Source: Gemmatimonadales bacterium (lineage in GTDB: Bacteria > Gemmatimonadota > Gemmatimonadetes > Gemmatimonadales > GWC2-71-9). From it: 64,000 bases of DNA. The first letter of the stretch is position 1. Every line of letters starts with the position of its first letter. Positions 15,950 to 28,903 of this stretch are shown here, piece by piece. The stretch is from contig DATFEG010000040.1 of assembly GCA_035251445.1 (NCBI GenBank), forward strand, positions 15,261-79,260, given 5' to 3'. The notes below the pieces were generated by a model. It was not told the DNA's origin. It ran no database searches and saw only the letters and a list, made by a program, of their open reading frames with translations. The position numbers and the translations under genes are program-made.

Positions 15950-17442
15950 GGTGGTTAGATAGTCTCGCGCTGCTCGTGGTGCTGGGCGGCTGCGCCTACT
16001 ACAACGCGATGTGGTCCGCAGAGCAATACGCAAAGGGCGCGCGGAAGCTCGAGGGGCAGGGCATGGCGTCGGAGGCCCGGTCGCAATGGGCGCAGGCGGC
16101 CGCCAAGGCGGAAGGAGTCGTCGCCAAACACCCGCGCAGTCGCTGGGCCGACGACGCACTCGTGCTGCAAGCCGAGGGTCTGGCGCGTTCGGGCTCGTGT
16201 GAAGAGGCCGAACAGGTGATCGTCCGGGCGCGGGGGCTCGCGAAGGACGACGCGCTGCGCGAACGGGTCGAGCTCGCCGACGCGCAATGCGCGCTTGCCG
16301 CCGGCCGGACGGTTCAAGCGGAAGCCGCGCTGCGAGGGGTGCTGTCATCGCGGGATCACTCGCGTCGGTCTCGCGCCGAGTACTTCGCGGGAGTGGCGGC
16401 GGGCCTGCGGCTGGACCATGCGGCAGCAGTTGAACACTTGCGGCGCTCGCGTGAACTGGCAGCGCGGCCCGCCCGCGCGTACGCCCTCCTGGAGCTCGGA
16501 CGAGCTGCCGACGCCGCGGCGGTCATCGAAGAGATTGGTGAAGAGCCGACTCTCGCGGCGGAGCGGGCAGACTTGCTGAGCCGGCTGTCGATCGTGGGAG
16601 GTCTGGAACTCGCCTCCGCGACCCTGGACCGCCTGCTCACGCGTCGTGTTCCGTTCGCCGAGCAGGCGCGCCTGTTGATTGCGGACGGCGACCGTTGGGC
16701 GGTGTATGGCCAGTATGAGGAGGCCGAAGCGCGATACGGACGTGCCACCGCCATCGGCGGCCTCGCGTCCAACGAAGCCACGACTGCCTACGTACGAGTG
16801 CAGCGTCTCAGGATCATGCAGGCGACGCAGCGACGCGATCTCGAACCGGTGATCGGGGAACTCAGAAACCTGTCACGGGGTGAGCGCGCGAGTACCGAGG
16901 CGAAGCAGCTACTCGACCAGGTGACCCCAGTGGTCGCTGAGCCGCCTTCGACCATGGGGGCGCGCCTCCACATCGCCGAGCGCGTGCGGGATTCGCTCGG
17001 CGCCCAGGCGTTGGCGGGCCAGCTCTTCCTCGACGTGGCGGCCGCCGATACCGGCTCACTCTACGCCCCCAAAGCGCTGGTCGCCGCCCTGGCATTGTTG
17101 CCTGGGCGCAGCGATTCGATCATCGCCGTCCTCGACACCCGCTATCCTCAATCGCCGTACACACGCGCTTTTCATGGCGAAGCGAGCGTCGCGTACGCCG
17201 TGGCGGAGGATTCCCTGGCGCGCGAACTGGGAGTCGAAGTGACGAGCATCGCCAGAGAGGCACCGTCGGGGCTGCGATTCGCGCCGCCGATTCCCCGCGT
17301 CCGAGGCCCGCTGCTCGAGGAGCTCTTGACCGAGCCCGTGCGTTCTCAGCCGGCCCGCACTCCTTCGCCTCCTGGTCCCCGCGCGCGACCGGTGCCCGCG
17401 AACACTCCGCGCGAGCGACCGGCCGCGACCGAACGCCCGTGA
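15946..17442 (+). CDS. Hypothetical TPR-like lipoprotein
   Basis: Lipobox LVVLGGC. Ala/Arg-rich helical repeats. GTGA overlaps on both sides. Confidence 0.6.
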   Translation: MRWLDSLALLVVLGGCAYYNAMWSAEQYAKGARKLEGQGMASEARSQWAQAAAKAEGVVAKHPRSRWADDALVLQAEGLARSGSCEEAEQVIVRARGLAKDDALRERVELADAQCALAAGRTVQAEAALRGVLSSRDHSRRSRAEYFAGVAAGLRLDHAAAVEHLRRSRELAARPARAYALLELGRAADAAAVIEEIGEEPTLAAERADLLSRLSIVGGLELASATLDRLLTRRVPFAEQARLLIADGDRWAVYGQYEEAEARYGRATAIGGLASNEATTAYVRVQRLRIMQATQRRDLEPVIGELRNLSRGERASTEAKQLLDQVTPVVAEPPSTMGARLHIAERVRDSLGAQALAGQLFLDVAAADTGSLYAPKALVAALALLPGRSDSIIAVLDTRYPQSPYTRAFHGEASVAYAVAEDSLARELGVEVTSIAREAPSGLRFAPPIPRVRGPLLEELLTEPVRSQPARTPSPPGPRARPVPANTPRERPAATERP

Positions 17443-18278
17443 GCGCGGTCGAGCTGTTCGGCACGACCTTCCAAAACCCAATTCTTCTCGCTGCTGGTAC
17501 CGCCGGCTTTGGACGGGAGCTGGATGACGTTATCGATCTCGACGCGCTCGGTGGCATCGTCACGAAGGCGGTAACTCCCGAGCCACGACAGGGACATCCC
17601 GCACTCCGCGTCGCCGAGTTCCGGGGCGGAATGCTGAATGCGGTCGGGCTCGCCAACCCCGGGGTGGAGGCCGTTGCCGAGCACGAGCTACCGTGGCTCG
17701 TGGGGCGGCTGCGACGCGCCCGCATCATCGTGAACGTGGCGGGTGCGACAGTCGACGATTATGTCCGCGTGATCAAGCGGCTCACCAACCTTGAGGGGAT
17801 CACCGCCTTCGAGATCAACGCGTCGTGCCCTAACACCAGTGCGGGTGGACTCGAGTTCGGGTCGGACCCGCGAGGTCTCGCCGAGCTGGTACGCGCGTGT
17901 CGTCGTGTCTCGACGCGGCCCCTCACGATCAAGCTGTCGCCAGTGCTGCCCGACATTCCGGCGATGGCGCGCGTGGCGCGCGACGAGGGCGCCGAGGCCG
18001 TGACGCTGGTCAACACGATGCCCGGATTACTTGATCGGCGCTTGGGCAACGGGAGCGGGGGATTGAGCGGCCCGGCGCTGCTGCCGATCGGCGTGCTCGC
18101 GACGCGCCGGGTCCGCGAGCGCGTCGGGATGCCTGTCATCGGCGTGGGCGGAGTGCGGAGCACAGCCGATGTGCGCGAGTACCTCGCGGCCGGAGCGTCG
18201 CTCGTGGCAATCGGAACCGCTGCCCTGGCGGATCCGCGAGTGCCCGTGCGCATTGCGCGCGAGCTCGCACATGCCTGA
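17439..18278 (+). CDS. pyrD: Dihydroorotate dehydrogenase (class 1 catalytic subunit)
   Basis: FQNPILLAAGTAGFG...NAVGLANPG...GGVRSTADV. Confidence 0.88.
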   Translation: MSAVELFGTTFQNPILLAAGTAGFGRELDDVIDLDALGGIVTKAVTPEPRQGHPALRVAEFRGGMLNAVGLANPGVEAVAEHELPWLVGRLRRARIIVNVAGATVDDYVRVIKRLTNLEGITAFEINASCPNTSAGGLEFGSDPRGLAELVRACRRVSTRPLTIKLSPVLPDIPAMARVARDEGAEAVTLVNTMPGLLDRRLGNGSGGLSGPALLPIGVLATRRVRERVGMPVIGVGGVRSTADVREYLAAGASLVAIGTAALADPRVPVRIARELAHA

Positions 18279-18951
18279 GCTGATCGTCGCCTTCGACATG
18301 GCGAGCGCGCCGGACGCGCTCCAACTCGCCGCGCGACTGCCAAACCTCCGGTGGGCCAAGCTGGGACCGATCCTCTACGTGCGCGAAGGGCCCGCGCTGA
18401 TCAAAGAGTTTGCGCAACGCGGCGTTCGCGTCTTTCTCGATCTCAAGTGGCACGACATCCCCAACACAGTCGCCGGCGCCGTTACGGCTGCGCGCGACCT
18501 GGGTGTCTCGATGGCCTCAGTGCACTGTCTTGGCGGCCGGGCGATGCTTGCCGCTGCCGCGCAAGCCGCGGGGACCGACATTGCCCTGGTCGGCGTCACG
18601 GTGCTCACGTCGCACGATGCCGCCGAGCTCGAAAGCGTGTTGGGGCGCGGTGTTCCCGACGTGGGTTTCGAGGCCGAGCGGCTGGCGCGAGTCGCCTTGC
18701 AGGCCGGTCTGCGGGGCATTGTCGCTTCAGGCCAGGAAGTCGGATTCCTGCGCGAGGTCCTGGGTCCCGCGCCCTGGATAGTCGTGCCCGGGATACGGTC
18801 GCCCGGGGATTCGGCAGGCGACCAGGTACGCACGATCGAGCCTGCCGAGGCGATTCGCCGTGGCGCGACGCATCTCGTGGTGGGACGTCCCATTACCGCC
18901 GCACGCGATCCGACGGCGGCCTATCAGCGGCTGGTGGAAGCCCTGGATTGA
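18271..18951 (+). CDS. pyrF: Orotidine 5'-phosphate decarboxylase
   Basis: LIVAFDM...FLDLKWHDIPNTV...LVVGRPI. Confidence 0.88.
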   Translation: MPELIVAFDMASAPDALQLAARLPNLRWAKLGPILYVREGPALIKEFAQRGVRVFLDLKWHDIPNTVAGAVTAARDLGVSMASVHCLGGRAMLAAAAQAAGTDIALVGVTVLTSHDAAELESVLGRGVPDVGFEAERLARVALQAGLRGIVASGQEVGFLREVLGPAPWIVVPGIRSPGDSAGDQVRTIEPAEAIRRGATHLVVGRPITAARDPTAAYQRLVEALD

Positions 18952-18968
18952 GGGTATTAAACCAGCGT

Positions 18969-19385
18969 ATGAAATCGTGGCCAGGATTGCTCTTGCTCTC
19001 AGTCGTTCTGTCGGGCCGACTGCCTGCGCAGGCGACGTTGTCGGCCGCCGCCGACCGGGCCAAGCAGGCCTGGTCGGCCCACGACCCGGAAGCGCTTGTT
19101 GGTAAGAGCTCCAACATCGTGTTACAGATCCCGGGCGCTGATCCCTCGTCACCCCTTGGCCGGGCGCAAGCGATCGAGCTGCTACGCCGTTACCTGCGGC
19201 CTGCGGAGGAACGGGGCCTGGATATCGCCACGATTCGTGAGGTCGAAGCGGGCAAGGGATTCGTTGAGCTGACCCGTCGCTATGTTGTCGCCGGAACCAG
19301 TGAAGTGCGTCGCGAGACGTTGTTCTTGGGGTACCGTTTCCAGTTCGAGGAGTGGCGTCTGGTGGAGCTACGCAACGCACCGTAA
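18969..19385 (+). CDS. Hypothetical secreted protein (138 aa)
   Basis: ATG 18969 with signal peptide MKSWPGLLLLSVVLSGRLPAQA. No family recognised. Confidence 0.55.
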   Translation: MKSWPGLLLLSVVLSGRLPAQATLSAAADRAKQAWSAHDPEALVGKSSNIVLQIPGADPSSPLGRAQAIELLRRYLRPAEERGLDIATIREVEAGKGFVELTRRYVVAGTSEVRRETLFLGYRFQFEEWRLVELRNAP

Positions 19386-19394
19386 TTGCGCCCC

Positions 19395-19423
19395 TTGCGT
19401 GAAGTTACAGCCCCGTCTATTGT
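19395..19423 (+). promoter_or_regulatory. Candidate sigma70-type promoter of the rpmJ-rplQ operon
   Basis: TTGCGT-N17-TATTGT, about 45 nt upstream of the rpmJ start. Confidence 0.35.
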
Positions 19424-19466
19424 TCAAGACTCAACCAGAAAACGTTCACAATCTCGGAGCAGCCTG

Positions 19467-19583
19467 TTGAAGGTACGTTCGAGCGTGCGCCCCATCTGCG
19501 AGCACTGCAAGGTTGTGACGCGCCGGGGCGTGATTCGCGTGATCTGTAAACGCAACCCCAAGCACAAACAGCGGCAGGGTTAA
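19467..19583 (+). CDS. rpmJ: 50S ribosomal protein L36
   Basis: (M)[40 protein letters not shown] start with GGAG 8 nt upstream. Confidence 0.9.
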   Translation: MKVRSSVRPICEHCKVVTRRGVIRVICKRNPKHKQRQG

Positions 19584-19586
19584 CGC

Positions 19587-19970
19587 ATGGCCCGTATCGC
19601 CGGCGTGGATTTGCCACGCGACAAGAAAATCCAGTACGCGCTCCCGTACATCTACGGCATCGGTCCCAGCAACTCCATTCGCATTCTCGCGGAGACGGGA
19701 ATTAGCCCCGACGCGCGTGTGCGCGATTTGCGGGACGCGGAGGTCGCCCGGTTGCGGCAGGTGATCGAGCGCGATTACAAGGTTGAAGGCGCGCTGCGCA
19801 CCGAGGTTGCGATGAACATCAAACGCTTGATGGACATCGGGACCTATCGGGGCACGCGCCATCGCAAGAATCTGCCGGTGCGCGGCCAGCGCACCCACAC
19901 CAATGCGCGCACAAAGAAGGGACCGCGGCGCGCGATCGCGGGCAAGAAGAAGCCCGTCCTGAAAAAGTAG
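19587..19970 (+). CDS. rpsM: 30S ribosomal protein S13
   Basis: [14 protein letters not shown]... Confidence 0.95.
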   Translation: MARIAGVDLPRDKKIQYALPYIYGIGPSNSIRILAETGISPDARVRDLRDAEVARLRQVIERDYKVEGALRTEVAMNIKRLMDIGTYRGTRHRKNLPVRGQRTHTNARTKKGPRRAIAGKKKPVLKK

Positions 19971-19976
19971 AGGCAC

Positions 19977-20411
19977 ATGGCCGAAGAAAAACAACAGGAA
20001 AAACAGCCGGAAAAGCCAAAGCCCGCGGCGGCGCGTCCGGCTGCCAAGCGCACCAAGAAGGTCGTCGAGGCCGAGGGAGTCGCGCACATCACGGCGACGT
20101 TCAACAACACCCTCATCACGATCAGCGATCTCCAGGGCAATGCGATTACCTGGGGCTCGTCCGGCAAGGCGGGCTTTAAGGGGTCGAAGAAGTCCACGCC
20201 GTTTGCCGCGACCGTGGCCGCGGAGCAGGCGGCGCGCGAAGCGCTGAACCTGGGCGTCAAGCGCGTGCACGTGAAGGTGCAGGGGCCGGGCTCGGGCCGG
20301 GAATCGGCGATTCAGGCACTCGCGAGCGCGGGATTGCAGATCCGCTCGATCCGCGACGTGACACCGATTCCGCACAACGGCTGTCGTCCTCCCAAGAAGC
20401 GGCGGGTCTAG
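19977..20411 (+). CDS. rpsK: 30S ribosomal protein S11
   Basis: [18 protein letters not shown]...; Lys/Glu/Pro-rich N-terminal extension. Confidence 0.95.
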   Translation: MAEEKQQEKQPEKPKPAAARPAAKRTKKVVEAEGVAHITATFNNTLITISDLQGNAITWGSSGKAGFKGSKKSTPFAATVAAEQAAREALNLGVKRVHVKVQGPGSGRESAIQALASAGLQIRSIRDVTPIPHNGCRPPKKRRV

Positions 20412-20414
20412 ACC

Positions 20415-21050
20415 ATGGCACGGTACACGGGACCCGTCTGCAAGCTGTGTCGCCGCGAGGGCACGAAGCTGTTCCTCAAGGGGACGCGGTGCCTCACGGA
20501 AAAGTGCGCCGTTGAGCGCCGGGCGTATGCGCCCGGACAACATGGTCAATCGACCGGGCGGCGCCGCAAGGCATCGGAGTACGCCAAGCAGCTGCGTGAG
20601 AAGCAAAAGGTGAAACGGATTTACGGACTCTCCGAGCGCCAATTCCGCAATGTCTTCGAGCGCGCGTTGAAGGAGCCGGGCGTTACGGGTGAAGCGCTGC
20701 TCGTCGCGTTGGAGAGCCGGCTGGATAACCTGGTATACCGGATGGGCTTCGCGACCTCACGCAAGCAGGCGCGGCAGCTCGTTCGGCACCGGCACATCCA
20801 GATAAACGGCCGCGTGGTGGACATCCCCTCGTTCGTCGTACGGCCGGGCGATGAAGTGAAGGTTATGGACGCGAGCAAGGAGCTCGTGCAGATCAAGGTT
20901 GCGCTCGAGCAGTTCGGACGGGGGCAGCCCGTTTCGTGGATTCAGGTGGATACCGACAAAGTGCTGGGCAGAATGACGGAGCGGCCGACCCGCGACGCCA
21001 TTCCGATCGCGGCACAAGAACAGTTAATCGTCGAGCTCTATTCCAAGTGA
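20415..21050 (+). CDS. rpsD: 30S ribosomal protein S4
   Basis: MARYTGPVCKLCRREG... Confidence 0.95.
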   Translation: MARYTGPVCKLCRREGTKLFLKGTRCLTEKCAVERRAYAPGQHGQSTGRRRKASEYAKQLREKQKVKRIYGLSERQFRNVFERALKEPGVTGEALLVALESRLDNLVYRMGFATSRKQARQLVRHRHIQINGRVVDIPSFVVRPGDEVKVMDASKELVQIKVALEQFGRGQPVSWIQVDTDKVLGRMTERPTRDAIPIAAQEQLIVELYSK

Positions 21051-22108
21051 TCAACACTCTCGATTTGACGGGGTTGGTCCGGCCCCACTTGGTCGAGATG
21101 ACCAAGCGCGAGGACAACCCGAATGCCGCCGAGTTCCGCCTCCAGCCGCTGGAGCGGGGATACGGGTATACGCTGGGCAATTCGCTGCGCCGGCTGCTGC
21201 TGTCGTCGCTGCGAGGCGCCGCGGTCTGGGCGTTCCGTATCGACGGAGTCGTGCACGAGCACCAGACCATCCCGGGCGTGGTCGAAGATGTCCATCAGAT
21301 CATCCAGCGGCTCAAGCAGCTCACGCTCGTGCTCGCGCCTGAGGTCGATGAGGCGGTCCTGCGCTTCAAGGTGGAGAAGGCCGGTCCGGTCTACGCGCGC
21401 GACCTCGAGCCGCACGGCTCGGTGTCGATCGTCAATCCCGACCAGCTGCTCTTCACGGTTCAGGACGACCGGGACATTTCGGGCGAGCTGTACGTGAACA
21501 AGGGCCGCGGGTACGTCGAAGCCGAGCAGCATCCGGTCGATCGCACCCTGGCGGTGGACGTCGTAAGGGTCGATTCGATCTACAATCCGGTGCGTCGCGC
21601 CAATTTCACCGTGGCTGAGACGCGCGTCGGCCAGCGAACCGACTACGATCGGCTCACGCTGAGCGTCGAGACCAACGGCACGATTTCCCCGGAAGATGCG
21701 GTGGCCTATGCCGCGGCGCTGGCGCAGGAGCACTTCCGGTTCTTCGTCGATTTCGGCAAGGTGCCGATCGTGCAAGGCGAGCCGGTGGGCGGTGACGGTT
21801 CCGAAGGCAGCCGGCTCCGTGACGTACTCGGCCGGGCCATCGACGACGCCGGGTTGTCGGTGCGGTCGGTGAATTCGCTCAAGAATTCGAACATCCGCAC
21901 GCTCGGCGACCTGGTGCGCTACAAGGAAGACGATCTGCTCAAGGTCAAGAACGTCGGGGAGAAGGCGCTGGGAGAAATCGCCGAGCTGCTGCGCCGCGAG
22001 AACCTGAACTTCGGGATGCAGCTTGAAGAAACGCCGGGCGGCGAGATTCACATTATCGATGCCGGCACCGCCCCGCAGGCCCAGCTGACCGGGACTGAGG
22101 AAGAGTAA
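21047..22108 (+). CDS. rpoA: DNA-directed RNA polymerase subunit alpha
   Basis: GTG 21047 overlaps the rpsD stop. GYGYTLGNSLRRLLLSS, and a C-terminal domain with SVRSVNSLK. Confidence 0.93.
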   Translation: MINTLDLTGLVRPHLVEMTKREDNPNAAEFRLQPLERGYGYTLGNSLRRLLLSSLRGAAVWAFRIDGVVHEHQTIPGVVEDVHQIIQRLKQLTLVLAPEVDEAVLRFKVEKAGPVYARDLEPHGSVSIVNPDQLLFTVQDDRDISGELYVNKGRGYVEAEQHPVDRTLAVDVVRVDSIYNPVRRANFTVAETRVGQRTDYDRLTLSVETNGTISPEDAVAYAAALAQEHFRFFVDFGKVPIVQGEPVGGDGSEGSRLRDVLGRAIDDAGLSVRSVNSLKNSNIRTLGDLVRYKEDDLLKVKNVGEKALGEIAELLRRENLNFGMQLEETPGGEIHIIDAGTAPQAQLTGTEEE

Positions 22109-22464
22109 TGCGCCATCGCGCCAAGGGTCGCCAGCTTTCGCGCACGGCGAGCCATAAGAAGGCGACGATGAACAATCTCGCCACCAATCTGTTCAAGCAC
22201 GGTGGGATTCAGACCACCGAGGCGAAGGCGAAGGAGCTGCGGCCGTTTGCCGAGCGACTCATTACGCTCGCCCGTCGCGGAGATTTGCACGCGCGGCGGC
22301 TGGTCGAGCGGCGCTTGAAAGACAAGGACGTCACGCACAAGCTGTTCGAGGAGATCGGCAAGCGTTTTGCCGCGCGCGCCGGAGGCTACACCCGCATCGT
22401 CAAGTTGGGGCATCGCGTCGGCGATGGTGCCGACGTGGCCCGGATCGAGCTGCTCGCTGAGTAA
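22108..22464 (+). CDS. rplQ: 50S ribosomal protein L17
   Basis: MRHRAKGRQLSRTASHKKA... Confidence 0.95.
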   Translation: MRHRAKGRQLSRTASHKKATMNNLATNLFKHGGIQTTEAKAKELRPFAERLITLARRGDLHARRLVERRLKDKDVTHKLFEEIGKRFAARAGGYTRIVKLGHRVGDGADVARIELLAE

Positions 22465-22479
22465 CCGGAGCAGCATCCG

Positions 22480-22516
22480 AAAAAGAAAGGGACCCGGAAC
22501 GGGTCCCTTTTTTCTT
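22480..22516. terminator. Bidirectional intrinsic terminator between rplQ (+) and rpmB (-)
   Basis: A-tract, GGGACCC-GGAAC-GGGTCCC hairpin (22489-22507), then a T6 tract. Confidence 0.8.
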
Positions 22517-22529
22517 CACATGCGTTGGC

Positions 22530-24701
<2,172 letters not shown>

Positions 24702-24718
<17 letters not shown>

Positions 24719-27700
24719 CCTCAAACGAATCCTGCTTCTGGGCTCCGGGCCGATCGTGATCGGTCAGGCGGCGGAGTTCGACTATTCGGGCACGCAGGCG
24801 GTCAAAGCGCTGAAAGAGGAAGGCTACACCGTCATTCTCGTGAACTCGAATCCCGCGACCATCATGACCGATCCCGAGCTCGCGGACCGGACCTACATCG
24901 AGCCCGTCACGCCGGAGTGGGTGCGCAAAGTCATCGAACGGGAACGGCCGGACGCCCTGCTGCCGACGATGGGGGGCCAGACGGCCCTCAACGTGGCGAT
25001 GGCGCTCGCCAACGACGGGACGCTCAAGCAGTATGGGGTCGAGTTGATCGGCGCCAACGCCCGGGCTATTCGCATGGCCGAGGATCGCGCCGAGTTCAGC
25101 GCCGCAATGCGACGTATCGGCCTGGCGACACCCGCGGGCCGGACGGTTACCTCAATCGAGACCGCGCTGTCGACGGTCGGCGAGGTCGGCTATCCGGCGA
25201 TCATTCGTCCGTCGTATACCCTGGGCGGCACGGGTGGGGGCGTCGCCTACAATCGCGCCGAGTTCGAGGAGGCCGTCGAGCGCGCGCTGGAGCTCTCGCC
25301 GGTGCACTCCACGCTCATCGAGCGCAGCGTGCTCGGCTGGAAGGAATTCGAGCTCGAGGTCATGCGGGACGGCCGCGACAACGTCGTGATCGTCTGCTCG
25401 ATCGAGAACCTCGATCCGATGGGCGTGCACACCGGCGATTCGATCACCGTCGCCCCGGCGATGACGCTGACGGACCGCGAGTACCAGCGCATGCGCGATG
25501 CGGCGATCGCGATCATCCGCGAGATCGGCGTCGAGGCCGGTGGCTGCAACATTCAGTTCGCCGTCAATCCGGCCGACGGCGAGATGCTGGTGATCGAGAT
25601 GAATCCCCGGGTATCGCGCTCGTCCGCGTTGGCGTCGAAGGCCACCGGATTCCCCATCGCGCGCATCGGCACGAAGCTCGCTGTGGGCTACACGCTGGAC
25701 GAGCTGCCCAACGACATCACCCGGACCACGCCGGCGTCCTTCGAGCCGGTGCTGGACTACGTGGTCGTCAAAGTGCCGCGCTTCGCGTTCGAGAAGTTCC
25801 CGACGGCCGACTACCGTCTTACGACCCAGATGAAGTCTGTCGGCGAGACGATGGCGATCGGCCGCACGTTCAAGGAAGCGTTCCAGAAAGGACTGCGCGG
25901 GCTCGAGATCGGGCGTCCCGGATGGACGGTGGGCGCGACGCTCGCGGACGACAGGCTGACGAGCGCCTCGCCCGAGGACCTGCGTGTCGCTCTGCGAACC
26001 CCGACGCCGGAGCGGATTTTCCAGATCAAGCGTGCGTTTGCCGCCGGCGTTCCCGTCGAGGATATCGCGCAAGCGTCCGGGATCGATCCATGGTTCCTCT
26101 ATCAGCTCGAAGAGCTGATCGAAGCGGAGCGCTGGTTCAAAGGATTGCGCATAGTCGGCGGACCGGATCTCAAGCGTATGAAGCGCTTCGGGTTCTCGGA
26201 CCAGCAGCTCGCGGCCTTGCGCGCCACCACCGAGACCGCGATCCGCGAGCAGCGCTGGAAGCTCGGCATCCACCCGGCGTACAAGACCGTCGACACCTGC
26301 GCCGGGGAGTTCCCGTCCGCGACGCCGTACCTCTACTCGTCGTATGACGAGGAGAACGAATCGGAGCCGCTTGGCGAGCAGGGGATCGTGATTCTCGGCA
26401 GCGGCCCCAACCGCATCGGGCAGGGCGTCGAGTTCGATTACTGCTGCGTTCGCGCCGGCCTCGCGTTCCGCGAGCTCGGCTACAAGACGATCATGATCAA
26501 CTCGAATCCGGAAACGGTGTCCACGGACTTCGATATCTCCGACAAGCTCTACTTCGAGCCGTTGACGTTCGAGGACGTGGTGGAGATCACGCGACTGGAG
26601 CAGCCGAAGGGGGTGGTGGTACAGTTCGGTGGGCAGACACCGCTGCAGCTGACCAAGCCGCTCGAGGCCGCGGGGGTTTCCATCCTCGGCACTTCGCCCG
26701 ATGCGATCGACATCGCCGAGGACCGTGAGCGCTTCGAGGCGCTCGCCGACCGCCTCGGCGTCACCCAGCCGCCCAACGGCATCGCGCGCTCGGTCGAGGA
26801 AGCGGTCGCGGTCGCCCAGCGCATCGGCTATCCGGTGCTGGTTCGGCCATCCTATGTCCTGGGCGGACGGGCCATGGAGATTGTTTATGACGACGGCTCG
26901 CTCCGCGAGTACTTCGTCAAAGCGGCGCGCGTGGCCCCGGAGCACCCGGTCTTGATCGATCACTTCCTCGAGGACGCGTTCGAGGCCGACGTGGACGCGA
27001 TCGCCGACGGGACACGGTGCGTCATTGGCGGTGTCATGCAGCACATAGAGGATGCAGGAGTGCACTCGGGTGACTCCGCGTGCGTATTGCCACCCTATCT
27101 CATCGGCGATCGCCAGGTCGAGGAAATGCGGCGCCACACCCAGGCCTTCGCGAAGGCGCTCGGGGTCGTCGGTCTGCTCAATGTCCAATACGCCATCAAA
27201 AACGGCGTGGTCTACGTCCTCGAGGTCAATCCACGCGCCTCCCGTACGGTGCCATTCGTCAGCAAAGCGACGGGCGTGCCCCTCGCCAAGCTTGCCGCGG
27301 CGGTCATTGCCGGGGGGCCTGGGAGGACACTGGACGATTTGGGCGTTCCCGATGAGCTTCCCGTCCCCGGGGTGGCCGTGAAAGAGGCAGTCTTCCCCTT
27401 CACGAAACTGCCCGGTGTGGATACAGTGTTGGGGCCGGAAATGCGGTCGACGGGTGAAGCCATGGGGTTAGCCGACAGTTTCGGCATGGCGTTCGCCAAG
27501 GCCCAGATCGCGGCAGAGGGGAGCCTGCCGCTCGAGGGCACGATCTTCGTGACGGTGAATGACGCCGACAAGCCCACCGTGCTGCCGATCGCGCGTCGGT
27601 TCCACGAGCTGGGGTTCCGGATCCTGGCGACGGAAGGAACGCAGCGCTATCTCCGGGGCCGGGGCGTGCCGGCGGAGCGGGTGATGAAGGTACACGAGGG

Positions 27701-27986
27701 GCGTCCCAACGCGATCGATTTGATCGTGTCGGGCGATGTCCATTTGTTGATCAACACCCCCCTCGGGAAGTTCACGCAGGTGGATGATTACGCGATCCGG
27801 CGCGCCGCGCTGGTGCATCGCGTGCCGTATACCACGACCATGTCCGCGGCGAGCGCCGCGTGTGATGCGATCATTGCGCTCCGCAGTCGAACCGGGAGCG
27901 TCAGGAGCCTACAGGAATGGCACGAAAAAGCGAACGCCGAAAAGCCGTCTCTGACCGTAGGACGAGCGGCGGCCATAAGGGCGTAG
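24702..27986 (+). CDS. carB: Carbamoyl-phosphate synthase large subunit
   Basis: [33 protein letters not shown], duplicated ATP-grasp halves, and a MGS-like C-terminus. Confidence 0.95.
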
Positions 27987-28903
27987 CGAAGAAGACCGCA
28001 GCCACGCCGACGGCACCCGTGACGCCGAAGGTCAAGTTTCGCGGCAAACTGCTCGAGAACGAGCCGTTGGCGCGGTACACGACGTGGCGGATCGGCGGAC
28101 CGGCGCGTTATCTGGCGCTGCCCGCCGACACCGAGGACGTGACACGCGCGCTGGAGCTCGCGCAGGATCGCGGGCTGCCGTGGGTCGTGCTCGGGCTCGG
28201 CTCGAACGTGTTGGTCAAGGACGGCGGATTCCCCGGCGTCGTGATCCGCATGGGCAAGGGGCTGGACAAGTTCGAGATGAAGGGCGCGACGGCGATCGTC
28301 GGCGCGGGGATGCCAACGCCCATCCTGGCGCGGCGCACTGCCGAAGCCGGATTCGTCGGCGTGGAGCGGTTCGTGGGAATTCCCGGCACCGTGGGCGGCG
28401 GGATCTACATGAACGCGGGCTGCCACGGCGCCGAGTTCGCGGAGATTGTCACAGAGGTGACCGTGATGGATCCCCGGGGCAAGGTCAAGCAGCTCTCGCG
28501 CAAGCAGATCTCGTTCAAGTATCGCTCGAGCAACATCGAAGGCGTGGTCCTGGAAGCGAAGCTCGGGTTGGGCGAGGAATCGCCGTCGAAGTTGAAGGAG
28601 CTGCAGGCAAAGCTGTTCCGCTGGCGTAAAGCGGGGACGCCGTTCGACCAGCCTTGCTGCGGCTCGACGTTCACGAATCCGAGCGGAAGCACTAAAACCG
28701 CCGGGATGCTCATCGACGAGTGCGGGCTGAAGGGCTTCACGATCGGCGGCGCACAGGTCTCTACGCTGCACGCGAACTACATCATCAATAAAGGCACCGC
28801 GACCGCCAGCGACGTTCTCAAGGTGATCGATCACGTTCGCAAGACCGTCGCCAAGAAGACCGGCACCACGCTGGAGCTCGAGTGCAAGATCATCGGCGTG
28901 TAA
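27917..28903 (+). CDS. murB: UDP-N-acetylenolpyruvoylglucosamine reductase
   Basis: [15 protein letters not shown]...GLGSNVLV...AGCHG. Start is ATG 27917 or GTG 28019. Confidence 0.88.
   Translation: MARKSERRKAVSDRRTSGGHKGVAKKTAATPTAPVTPKVKFRGKLLENEPLARYTTWRIGGPARYLALPADTEDVTRALELAQDRGLPWVVLGLGSNVLVKDGGFPGVVIRMGKGLDKFEMKGATAIVGAGMPTPILARRTAEAGFVGVERFVGIPGTVGGGIYMNAGCHGAEFAEIVTEVTVMDPRGKVKQLSRKQISFKYRSSNIEGVVLEAKLGLGEESPSKLKELQAKLFRWRKAGTPFDQPCCGSTFTNPSGSTKTAGMLIDECGLKGFTIGGAQVSTLHANYIINKGTATASDVLKVIDHVRKTVAKKTGTTLELECKIIGV

Noticed and set aside
25152-27188. 678-aa ORF on the - strand
   Set aside because: It is antisense to carB, whose identity is unambiguous. The composition is low-complexity and no motifs were recognised.
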